Source of the DNA: an uncultured Alphaproteobacteria bacterium
Lineage (GTDB): Bacteria; Pseudomonadota; Alphaproteobacteria; RF32; CAG-239
Length of the DNA stretch: 64,000 bases
Assembly (NCBI GenBank): GCA_934254585.1
Contig: CAKQLF010000003.1
Location: 39,371 to 103,370, forward strand
Reading direction: 5' to 3'
Shown here in pieces: positions 29,518 to 38,494 of this stretch. A program made the position numbers and the translations under genes. The notes under the pieces are model-generated. The model was not told where the DNA came from. It worked only from the letters and a program-made list of their open reading frames with translations, and did no database searches. Numbering within the stretch: the stretch's first letter is position 1; every line of letters starts with the position of its first letter.

Positions 29518-30432
29518 TTATTGTGATAAAGGGGAATGTCGGGTAAATTTAATTTCACCTAAAATATCTTCACTCTGATGATGTTCTAAACCCATAATAC
29601 AAATTCTCTCATTATCTACGATACTTTTATCAAATAAATTGTAGTGTTTTTCCGGAATCTTGTCTACATCATCAAAATCCATTGAAGCTATGGCACCAGA
29701 AATATAATCAGGAACCCGAATTAATTCATCAAAAATCTCTTTATTGTATTCTTTACCGCCCCAAAATCCATAAATTTCATTATCATAAATTCTTTTGTTA
29801 AGTAAATTTGAATATCCTAGGCGCACAAGTTCATTTACAATACCATCTTGAAAATCCGTTATTTTATCTCTATCCGGCACCCACATAATATGCTTGGCTT
29901 TTGCTTTTATTAAGAGAAATTCTAATATTGCAGACATAATATGTGCCGTAATAGTGACATTAGACAGCGTTTTCAAATCAATTTCTTTCCGATTGAGATA
30001 ATTTCTCATCTTTTTCATTTTGTGGATAAATTCTTCTTTTTTAGCTGGAGGCCAATTTTCCATATATTTAATTGTTTTATCTAAGACTTGTTTACTATCT
30101 TCCAACGCAAACACATTATTTTTATTTTTAATTATAAATGCCACTGAGAAAAAATAAGGAGCCTCCTTAATATAGTTAATAGCTTTTTCCGAAAGATTCT
30201 TAAAATCCTTAATATCTTTGGATAAATGCCTTTTTATTTCATAATTTAACATCTGAGGCGGAACAAAAGGAAAAATTGTAAAGGTCATGACATCATTAGT
30301 TTTATCTTTATCATCAAGACAGTAATCACTGGTAATGTACCAAGAATCTACACGCTTAAAATTCTGTTGAAACTTTTTCCATTTTTCAACAAAATCAGGA
30401 AAATGGCTGGATAGGATTGTTTTTCTATTCAT
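29518..30432 (-). CDS. Hypothetical protein (304 aa), last gene of the R-M operon; weak DUF3800-like pattern
   Basis: WYITSDYCLDD...MTFTIFP, WVPDRDKI and IRVPDYISGAIAS loosely resemble the N-terminal and C-terminal acidic motifs of DUF3800. This is recollection only. Confidence 0.6.
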   Translation of the reverse strand: MNRKTILSSHFPDFVEKWKKFQQNFKRVDSWYITSDYCLDDKDKTNDVMTFTIFPFVPPQMLNYEIKRHLSKDIKDFKNLSEKAINYIKEAPYFFSVAFIIKNKNNVFALEDSKQVLDKTIKYMENWPPAKKEEFIHKMKKMRNYLNRKEIDLKTLSNVTITAHIMSAILEFLLIKAKAKHIMWVPDRDKITDFQDGIVNELVRLGYSNLLNKRIYDNEIYGFWGGKEYNKEIFDELIRVPDYISGAIASMDFDDVDKIPEKHYNLFDKSIVDNERICIMGLEHHQSEDILGEIKFTRHSPLSQ

Positions 30433-30495
30433 GTCTTCACCATAGTACGTTTGTCATATTATATACTTAGGTTTTATTTCTAAAAATAACAAGAT

Positions 30496-30954
30496 TTATA
30501 GCTTCAAATATTCTAAAAACGCTTGACAGCCTTCGTAAATATCCCAGTAGCTCTCATCAAAATTGCCAGTATACCACGGGTCGCGGATATTGCGCGGATT
30601 ATTCGTAAAATCAAGAAGACGATGGATTTTGTGTCCCGTATCTGGACCTATAAGTGATTGAATGTCCTCAATATTACTGTTATCCATTGCTAAAATATAA
30701 TCATAATACACATAATCTCGCGGGCGAATGCGGCGTGAATAATGTTCTTCAAACGGCACATGCATTGACTTTAATATCTCGCGTGTGCCATAATGAATGC
30801 CGGCGTGGCACATCTCATTATAGCTTTCGGTTGCGGCAGAATTAATTTCAAACTGCTCGGACAAACCTCGTTCCTCAATCATTTGCTTAAACACAAACTG
30901 CGCCATCGGCGACCGGCAAATATTCCCCAAACATACAAACAAAACTTTAATCAT
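30496..30954 (-). CDS. Low-molecular-weight protein-tyrosine phosphatase / ArsC-fold phosphatase
   Basis: VLFVCLGNICRSPMA (CX5R-S P-loop) and DPWYTGNF (general-acid Asp). Internal ATG 30954..30952 shares one base with the hsdR TGA (TGATG). Confidence 0.85.
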   Translation of the reverse strand: MIKVLFVCLGNICRSPMAQFVFKQMIEERGLSEQFEINSAATESYNEMCHAGIHYGTREILKSMHVPFEEHYSRRIRPRDYVYYDYILAMDNSNIEDIQSLIGPDTGHKIHRLLDFTNNPRNIRDPWYTGNFDESYWDIYEGCQAFLEYLKL

Positions 30955-33900
30955 CACGCTTCCATAATATTGTCTGTCCAAAGCTCGCATTGTGTCATAA
31001 CAGTTTGTACGGCGTCTTCAACACCTTCCGGTGGATATTTGTGCTTTTTAAGTAATCTTTTTATGAGCATACGCATTTTGGCCCGAGCCGTTTCTTTTTT
31101 CTGCCAATCTATCGTTTTATTTTTACGCAAAGTTTCGGTAAGTTCTTTTGTTATAGCAATTAATTCATCATTTTCATAAAAATCCTTAACAGCTTGCGGA
31201 CGCGTCAAGGCATCATAAAAAGCCGCTTCTTCGACATTAAGACCTAAATCTTCGCCTTCTTTTTGTGCCGAGGCGATTTGTTTTGCCAGATTAAGCAGCT
31301 CTTCGATAACTTGCTCATTAGTCAACATACCGTTCAAATAGCGGTTCATAGACTCTTGTATCATTTCGCTGAACTTTTCCGAACGCACAACATTAGTATG
31401 GCGATAAATAGAAATCTGCTCAGCTATCAGCTTTTTCAGCAATTCTACGGCTAAGTTTTTTTCTTTCATCTTGGATATTTCTTCCAAAAACTTTGGATCA
31501 AATAGCGAAAATTCTTCTTTTATATCCGAAAACAGGTTGATAACACCATCGCTCTTTATGCTCTGTTCCAACAGTTCGTTAATGCGCTTATTCATTTCCG
31601 GCAATGATATTTTTTTACCGCCTCCGCTTTCGGTTAAACGCAAAATCATAATTCTGACTGCCTCTAAAAACGCCGCCTCAATACGCAAATTTTCTTCAAC
31701 AATGGATGCGCAAAGCGATAGTGCCTGATGTAACATAAGAGCTTGCTTAATAAAGGCATCTTTTTCTTTATTTTTCTCTCTAGCAATGATAAAGTTTGTG
31801 GCACCGCTTATCAATCTTGCTCTGACTAAATTTGAACCAGTAGCAAATTCGCTATAATCAAAACCATGCAATAAATCGCGGCAGACCTGCAATTTTTCCC
31901 TGAATTTATTATATGCTGTGCTGGCAATGTCCATATTGCCGTAGTTCTTTCTATCGCGGATAGTATAATCATTCATTGCCTTTTTCAAAGCGCTGGCAAT
32001 ACCGATATAATCAACCACCAAACCGCCTTCTTTATCTTCAAACACGCGATTAACCCGCGCAATCGCTTGCATCAGGTTATGCCCTTCCATCGGCTTATAA
32101 ACATACATTGTCGCCAATGACGGCACATCAAAACCGGTTAGCCACATATCAACGACAATGGCAATTTTCAGCGGATCGTTATTATCCTTAAATTTGCGCG
32201 CCAATTCTTCTTTATGCGATTTATTGCCGATAATTTTCCGCCAGTCTTCGGGGTCATTATTACTTGAGGTCATAACCACGGCAATTTTATCTTGCCAGTT
32301 TGGACGCAATTCCAAAAGACGATGATAAATTTTCAGGGCAATCGGACGAGAATAGGCCACAATCATAGCCTTACCGGTCAACAAATTTTCGCGATAGTTT
32401 TCGTAGTGGTCCAAAATATCGCAGACAAGCGAATTGATAGTGTCATCATCGCTCAAAATAGTTTCCATTTGTCCGAGCTGTTTTTTGCTCTTTTCAATGA
32501 CTTCCGGCTCGGCATTTTGCGCCATTAAATCATATTCAGCATCAATAAGTTGCAAAATTTCCGGCTTTAGATGAAGTTTTATGACGCGGCTTTCATAATA
32601 AACCGGACGCGTTGCGCCGTCTTCCACCGCTTGTGTCATATCGTAAACATCGATATAGTCGCCAAATACCTCTCGCGTGTTGCGGTCATCAAGAGAAAGC
32701 GGAGTTCCGGTAAAACCGATATATGTCGCGTTTGGCAGAGAATTGCGAATAATTCGCGCCGTACCGACTCTAATATTTCCGTCTTTATCTATCTTTTCAG
32801 ACAAGCCATATTGGCCGCGGTGTGCCTCGTCAGCCATCACGATAATATTCCGGCGTTCTGACAACGGCTCCGCTGATTCCTCAAACTTTTGCATCGTGGT
32901 AAAGAAAATTCCATTAGCTTTGATACCCTCTAAAAGCTGTTTCAAATGAGCACGGCTTGTTGCGTGCACCGATTCTTGGCGCAAAAAATCTTTGCATTTA
33001 GCAAATTGCGTATAAAGTTGGTCATCCAAATCGTTACGGTCGGTAATAACAACTATTGTCGGGCTGTTTAATGCACTTTGCAATAAATGAGCATAAAACA
33101 CCATAGAAAGCGATTTTCCGCTGCCCTGCGTATGCCAGAACACACCGCCTTTACCGTCTGTTTGCGTGGCGTGCTTGGTAGATTCAATAGCTTTTTTAAC
33201 CGCAAAATATTGATGATAACCGGATAGAATTTTGACGGCACCTTTGTTTCCGTTAGAAAAGCAAATAAAATTTTTCAATATATCCAACAGACGCGATTTT
33301 TCAAAAATCCCATTAAAAAATGTGTCAAACTGCGCATATTTGGTGTTTTCGTACGAACCGTCAACCGTTTTCCACTCCATAAAACGTGTTTCATCAGAAG
33401 TAATCGTTCCGGCTTTAGATACCGCCAAATCACTCATCACGCAAATTGCGTTATATATAAACATAGACGGAATTTCGTGTTTATAATTTTGAATTTGCCG
33501 ATATGCTTCTGAAGCATCTGTTTCTTCGCGGGACGGGGATTTTAATTCCATCAGCACGAGCGGCAAACCGTTGATAAACAGCAGAACATCCGGACGTTTC
33601 TCGCTGTTTTCAATAAAAGTCCATTGGTTGGCGATGATAAAGGAGTTATTATCTGGATTTTCATAATCAATCAAATAAACAATCGTATCGCGCGGCTCGC
33701 CTTTTTCGGTATAGCGGACGGTGATGCCGTTTTGCAAATAATCCATAAAAACAGCGTTTTTCTGCGTTAATTCGGCATTTTCAAAGTTTTTGAGCTTAAA
33801 CAGAGCCTCGTTTATCGCCTCATCCGGCAAATTAGGATTGATTTGGTGGAGAGAATTTGTCAGCACAGCCTCATACAACGGCGAAGTAAAATCCCTAGTT

Positions 33901-34001
33901 TCCACATCCGGCCCATAAATATGCGTATATCCCATGCCCTCAAACAACTCTATAATAGAGTTTTCATACGCTTCTTCATTTACCGGATTTGTGTAGGTCA
34001 T
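30954..34001 (-). CDS. hsdR: Type I restriction enzyme, R subunit
   Basis: 1015 aa. N-terminal nuclease region, QGSGKSL Walker A, MADEAHRGQ DEAH box, helicase C-terminal motifs (QAIARVNR). Confidence 0.95.
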   Translation of the reverse strand: MTYTNPVNEEAYENSIIELFEGMGYTHIYGPDVETRDFTSPLYEAVLTNSLHQINPNLPDEAINEALFKLKNFENAELTQKNAVFMDYLQNGITVRYTEKGEPRDTIVYLIDYENPDNNSFIIANQWTFIENSEKRPDVLLFINGLPLVLMELKSPSREETDASEAYRQIQNYKHEIPSMFIYNAICVMSDLAVSKAGTITSDETRFMEWKTVDGSYENTKYAQFDTFFNGIFEKSRLLDILKNFICFSNGNKGAVKILSGYHQYFAVKKAIESTKHATQTDGKGGVFWHTQGSGKSLSMVFYAHLLQSALNSPTIVVITDRNDLDDQLYTQFAKCKDFLRQESVHATSRAHLKQLLEGIKANGIFFTTMQKFEESAEPLSERRNIIVMADEAHRGQYGLSEKIDKDGNIRVGTARIIRNSLPNATYIGFTGTPLSLDDRNTREVFGDYIDVYDMTQAVEDGATRPVYYESRVIKLHLKPEILQLIDAEYDLMAQNAEPEVIEKSKKQLGQMETILSDDDTINSLVCDILDHYENYRENLLTGKAMIVAYSRPIALKIYHRLLELRPNWQDKIAVVMTSSNNDPEDWRKIIGNKSHKEELARKFKDNNDPLKIAIVVDMWLTGFDVPSLATMYVYKPMEGHNLMQAIARVNRVFEDKEGGLVVDYIGIASALKKAMNDYTIRDRKNYGNMDIASTAYNKFREKLQVCRDLLHGFDYSEFATGSNLVRARLISGATNFIIAREKNKEKDAFIKQALMLHQALSLCASIVEENLRIEAAFLEAVRIMILRLTESGGGKKISLPEMNKRINELLEQSIKSDGVINLFSDIKEEFSLFDPKFLEEISKMKEKNLAVELLKKLIAEQISIYRHTNVVRSEKFSEMIQESMNRYLNGMLTNEQVIEELLNLAKQIASAQKEGEDLGLNVEEAAFYDALTRPQAVKDFYENDELIAITKELTETLRKNKTIDWQKKETARAKMRMLIKRLLKKHKYPPEGVEDAVQTVMTQCELWTDNIMEA

Positions 34002-34025
34002 GAGTTATGCTCCTTTAAACTATTT

Positions 34026-34352
34026 TTAATCTTCGTTGATGTACTCAGGATAAAAAGGAATTGAAAACTTTATACGGGAAATATGTTCATTATTATACCC
34101 TCGTTCTCCGTTAATATTTGCACCAAGAACACTAATTCCAATTTTACTTTCTCCTTTAGCTGTTCCGCCTTCTGAGCTTGTAACAGCAATATCAAAATCT
34201 ATGGCATGACTATTATAATCTAAACTAGATACTTTATAAGCTGCAATAACATGGCATTTATTATTTGGGTGTAAGTTATATTTTTGTTTTAATTTTTGCG
34301 TAGCATCTACTATATCAGAAACAGATTGTTCAATAAATTCTTTCAATTCCAT
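34026..34352 (-). CDS. Small protein (108 aa) resembling the trypco2 (trypsin-co-occurring domain 2) family
   Basis: N-terminal helix MELKEFIEQSVSDIVDA, then a beta-rich segment IDFDIAVTSSEGGTAKGESKIGISVLGANINGERGYNNEHISRIKFSIP. The pattern matches what I recall of trypco2. The ATG overlaps the upstream TAA (TAATG). Confidence 0.6.
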   Translation of the reverse strand: MELKEFIEQSVSDIVDATQKLKQKYNLHPNNKCHVIAAYKVSSLDYNSHAIDFDIAVTSSEGGTAKGESKIGISVLGANINGERGYNNEHISRIKFSIPFYPEYINED

Positions 34353-35191
34353 TATTTTTTCTCCTTTAAGCCTTTAAGAAATTCTGACATATTATCTTTA
34401 CGTTCTTTATTATCTTTTATCAAAACGCAGAATAAAAGCAACTGATAAAGTTCATCATACCAATTTTCCAATTCCAAATCAGTCAAATTTAAAACTAATT
34501 CTTTTTTATTTTTACCATCTCTATTATTATGGCGAATATCTAGATTATTAAGCATATTATTAGCCGTTTTAAAATAGTCTGTAAACCCTTCTATAGGTTT
34601 ATCTAAAGTCGGCTCATATTCTTGTGCAATACGTCGTAAAATATCTTTTTTCTCGGCTAATTTACCTTCTAAAGATGCATGATGATACATTAAAATTGCC
34701 ATTGCCGTATCTTCTGAAGATATTTCAGCAACAGCAGTTGCTGCAGGATTTTTAGGAATAAGGATAACTTTTTCATCTTCCTCAAAAACATGTTTTTCAT
34801 AATTAAGATGTTCAAGCAGAATATTTATATTTTGTTCAAACATTAAAAACTCACGAGTTTTTGTAAAATGAGGCGAGAATAATTTTGTATTTACTAAGTT
34901 AACCATATTACAAATATATTCTAATTTGCAAATTTTTCCTTCATCCGCAAGAGCCTTTAAACCTGTAAGGTCTAATTTTTTCATCATATCCTCTGCTGTA
35001 AGACAAGCACCTCTTTGCTTCCATTCATAAAAACAAGTATTATTTACTGCATTCACAATAGTAGTTTGATTACCATTAACGTAATAACGATTATCTATAA
35101 GTAATGGAGAATTAAATAATTGTTCTATAACTACAAATTCAGAAAATGTATTATATTTACTTTCTAAAATCTCAAAAATATTCTTTCGCAT
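34352..35191 (-). CDS. Hypothetical protein (279 aa) between hsdS and hsdR
   Basis: Clean ORF starting 11 nt after hsdS, with its stop overlapping the next start. No family recognised. Notable strings: ILMYHHASLEGKL and NNLDIRHNNRDG. Confidence 0.65.
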   Translation of the reverse strand: MRKNIFEILESKYNTFSEFVVIEQLFNSPLLIDNRYYVNGNQTTIVNAVNNTCFYEWKQRGACLTAEDMMKKLDLTGLKALADEGKICKLEYICNMVNLVNTKLFSPHFTKTREFLMFEQNINILLEHLNYEKHVFEEDEKVILIPKNPAATAVAEISSEDTAMAILMYHHASLEGKLAEKKDILRRIAQEYEPTLDKPIEGFTDYFKTANNMLNNLDIRHNNRDGKNKKELVLNLTDLELENWYDELYQLLLFCVLIKDNKERKDNMSEFLKGLKEKK

Positions 35192-35202
35192 TTATTTTTC
35201 CC

Positions 35203-36348
35203 TTATAATAACATATCTGCAGCATTAAATTTGTTTATGTCAACTTTTGATACATCAATTTCGCCACTCATAAGTTTCGGCAACAAGGCATCCCGAAGTG
35301 CCACCAGCCGAGTATTTTCTTGTTGGTTATGCCCAATTAACATATATAATGGTGTCGCATCTTCATTATATTTTTTTACTAGTCCAAGATTTATTTCTTT
35401 TATTGGCATATTTTCTATATGTTGAGGGTATATATGAGGTTGGGCAGAACCTGTTTGGGCTTCAAAAATTTCTTGTTGCCTCATTTTCAGAGTAACGTAC
35501 CAAAAGTATACATATGGTGTAATCGTAGCATCTATAAATGATGAATCAGATGACCAAACAGGTATATGCCATAAATTAACATAACCAGCATTTGCTCCAG
35601 AGGCTGAAATGGTTATTACTGGGGTGATTGTATTTGCTTGATTATGATAAGTTGCCGGAGATAAACCTCCAGCCACAACAGGTACGATTCCCTTTACAGC
35701 ATCTTTAGATAATAAGTTTTTTCCTCTTTTAGGTGATAAATATTCTCCAATGCTTTTATTACCCAATTTTATATCCGGAAAATATTGCTTAAACAAAGCC
35801 TGAGCCTGTTGTTCTAAATTATTATTTATCTTACTATTCAGCTCGATTTTATCATCCAGCACACCCAACACCACCGCAATCTTTTTCTGAATATCCATCG
35901 GCGGCAACAAGATTTTCATAGGTGCTAATTCAGAAGAAAATGTTATCTGAGGAAATGTGCCGGAACGAGTTTCAGCTAAATGTTGTAACTCACTGATGAT
36001 ATTTTTAGATTTTAAGATATTAAATAAAAACTTAGATAATATCTTTTCTTTATTAGGGCGCAGAACCATTAATTTTGTGGATGCAATATAGTTAGATGTA
36101 TCATCAAAATCTACGTAAGCAAATCTTTTGTTTGCAGGCCTTATTTCAGAGTACAAAATATCATCTTTTTTGAAAGTTTTTTTGAATTGTCCTTTTAATT
36201 TTTCATTTTTTACAAGTTCATGATTCAAAATTTTTCCTTCTAAAACATCAGAGGTATTAACCAATACAACATGCTCATCCTTGTTGTGATATGTCTCAGA
36301 AATAGATGAGCAAACATCCCCCAATCTAACTTCTTGCCATTTAGTCAT
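35203..36348 (-). CDS. hsdS: Type I restriction enzyme, S (specificity) subunit
   Basis: 381 aa. Two target-recognition halves separated by a conserved helix (KIAVVLGVLDDKIELNSKINNNLEQQAQALFKQYF) and ended by a C-terminal helix (LVALRDALLPKLMSGEI). Confidence 0.9.
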   Translation of the reverse strand: MTKWQEVRLGDVCSSISETYHNKDEHVVLVNTSDVLEGKILNHELVKNEKLKGQFKKTFKKDDILYSEIRPANKRFAYVDFDDTSNYIASTKLMVLRPNKEKILSKFLFNILKSKNIISELQHLAETRSGTFPQITFSSELAPMKILLPPMDIQKKIAVVLGVLDDKIELNSKINNNLEQQAQALFKQYFPDIKLGNKSIGEYLSPKRGKNLLSKDAVKGIVPVVAGGLSPATYHNQANTITPVITISASGANAGYVNLWHIPVWSSDSSFIDATITPYVYFWYVTLKMRQQEIFEAQTGSAQPHIYPQHIENMPIKEINLGLVKKYNEDATPLYMLIGHNQQENTRLVALRDALLPKLMSGEIDVSKVDINKFNAADMLL

Positions 36349-36367
36349 TAAACTTCCTTTATAATAA

Positions 36368-37429
36368 TTATTTTCTATCTTTTGAGGTTAACCTATTGTT
36401 TATCATATCTATCAATAATAAAGTTTTTTCATTTTGAGGTAAAGCCTCAATTTGTTTTATCCATATTTCTTTATCGGCAAGAGTAATATAATGTTTATTT
36501 ACTCTACACATATAATCTCTTAATGCATTTATCGCATTATCTATATCACCCAACATTATACATAATTCTGCTAAATTATAATAATTTACATATATTTTTT
36601 CATCTAAACTGATTGATTCTAAAATACATTTTTTAGCATTTTGATAATCTTTTATACCAATATATGCACATCCTAGATTAGCCAACACACCAGCATCTCT
36701 TTTTATTTTTAAGCATTCTTCTAAATCGTTAATGGCCTTTTTATACTCTTCTTTCTTTAAATATACTTCTGCACGTAAAGATAAATTTTGTATTGTCTTC
36801 ATAATTTCAATAGATGAACTTATAGTGCCTATTGCCTTATCATAATTCTTACTAGATATATCATGTGCTATGTTTATAGATATACCTGAAAGCATTGAAT
36901 TAGCTTTAACCTCTTTTGCAAGATTTTCAACTTCTTGAAGTTGCTTTCTCATTTCATCCACATTAACTGAAGTCTGTTCTTTCTGAGTTTTGCATTCTGC
37001 TATAATCTTATCAATTTCTCTTTTTTTATCTTCAAAAAACTTTACAAAACAAATAGGAACTATAATTGCAAAGATACCAACCATAATAGCCAACATAGAG
37101 AGCCAAAAATTTAGATAGTAACTTTGATGTTCAAAATACTTTTCCAAAAATTGTTTATATTCATATTTCTGCATATCATCAATGGGCTTAACTACATTAT
37201 TAGTAGCTATATGATACGATTGATTAGTTGCATCATTAACAATCGTCAATGTTTCAATAAAATTTTTATTTGCAATAATACTTTCTTCAACTAATGTCCT
37301 AATACTTAAATATTGCCATATAGTAAGAGCCACCATTGTAGTACAAAGAATTCCATATGTAATAACTGCATATTTTAATATAGGATAGACTTTTATATTT
37401 CTTAAAACTAATTTTAAATTTTTCATCAT
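36368..37429 (-). CDS. Two-TM membrane protein with a cytoplasmic coiled coil and TPR repeats
   Basis: 353 aa. Hydrophobic segments at about residues 15-45 and 97-125, then a charged helical stretch, then TPR-like repeats (YKKAINDLEECLKI..., YQNAKKCILESISL..., IDNAINALRDYM). Confidence 0.65.
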   Translation of the reverse strand: MMKNLKLVLRNIKVYPILKYAVITYGILCTTMVALTIWQYLSIRTLVEESIIANKNFIETLTIVNDATNQSYHIATNNVVKPIDDMQKYEYKQFLEKYFEHQSYYLNFWLSMLAIMVGIFAIIVPICFVKFFEDKKREIDKIIAECKTQKEQTSVNVDEMRKQLQEVENLAKEVKANSMLSGISINIAHDISSKNYDKAIGTISSSIEIMKTIQNLSLRAEVYLKKEEYKKAINDLEECLKIKRDAGVLANLGCAYIGIKDYQNAKKCILESISLDEKIYVNYYNLAELCIMLGDIDNAINALRDYMCRVNKHYITLADKEIWIKQIEALPQNEKTLLLIDMINNRLTSKDRK

Positions 37430-37528
37430 TTTTCGACCTTGTTTTTCCTATGCTTGTTTACTTACAAATCTTCATTTACCCTAATATTATCACATTACAA
37501 ATTGGAAATGTATATATTTTTTTAATTT

Positions 37529-38494
37529 CTACCCATTATTCAGCACGCTTAAAATTACTTGTTTCATCGTTTCTTTTTCTTCCGGCTTGCTTTCGGCAAT
37601 TAAGATCGTAAGAGTAAATAATGTTGTATTATCAATAAGTTGAATATTGTTTTGATAGAGAATTCCGTTTTTATCCAGAAAATACAAAAAACAGGCCGCG
37701 CCAATCCGCTTATTACCATCTGTAAAGCTATGGTTTTTAACTAGAAAATAGAGCAACATTGCCGCTTTTTCTTCTAACGAAGGATAACATTCTTGCCCTC
37801 CGAATGTCTGATAAATTTGGTTAATAGAGCTGTCAAAACTATCATCTTTGGGGTTTGCGAATACGTCAGAACCAAACTCCGGTTTCATTTTATCAATAAC
37901 GTTCAAAAATTCTTCTTTTTTAATAATCACCGCCGGTTTTGTTGTCTTACCTTTAGTATCAAGAGTTTTGTTATCATAATCATCCAGCAAATCCAGACCG
38001 GAAGCAAAATCAGCCATTAAGGCACTTAACTTTTTAGCATCATCTAGATTATCTACCTGATGCTCAATACTTCGGTTTAAGAGCTTAATCGCATTTTGTA
38101 ACTGTGAAATTTTGGATTTTTGCTCTTGTAACCGTTTTTCATTAACAGCATATCCGTCTACAAGATATTGCTTTAATATCCCTGTCGCCCATTTGCGGAA
38201 TCTACTTGCTTCTATTGAGTTTGCTCTGTATCCAACAGCCAAAACTATATCTAAGTTATAGAACTCAACAGGTTTATCTGAATTTGGAATGTGCATTTTT
38301 TGCACATTGCTTTTTTCCTCAATTTCCCCAGATTTAAAAATATTATTGATGTGCCTTGATACACCGGATCTGTCTATATTAAATAATTTAGCAATTTCTT
38401 GTTTATTAAGCCAAATAGTATCTGCTTGATAGTCTATCTGAACATCTATATCGCCATACGATGTATCATATATTTTTAAAGCATTAGTTCCCAT
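37529..38494 (-). CDS. RhuM-like N-terminal domain fused to a Fic/Doc (death-on-curing) domain
   Basis: WLNKQEIAKLFNIDRSGVSRHINNIFKSGE is RhuM-like. HSFTDGNKRIGAACFLYFL is the Doc-type Fic motif. The ATG directly abuts the hsdM stop codon. Confidence 0.8.
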   Translation of the reverse strand: MGTNALKIYDTSYGDIDVQIDYQADTIWLNKQEIAKLFNIDRSGVSRHINNIFKSGEIEEKSNVQKMHIPNSDKPVEFYNLDIVLAVGYRANSIEASRFRKWATGILKQYLVDGYAVNEKRLQEQKSKISQLQNAIKLLNRSIEHQVDNLDDAKKLSALMADFASGLDLLDDYDNKTLDTKGKTTKPAVIIKKEEFLNVIDKMKPEFGSDVFANPKDDSFDSSINQIYQTFGGQECYPSLEEKAAMLLYFLVKNHSFTDGNKRIGAACFLYFLDKNGILYQNNIQLIDNTTLFTLTILIAESKPEEKETMKQVILSVLNNG

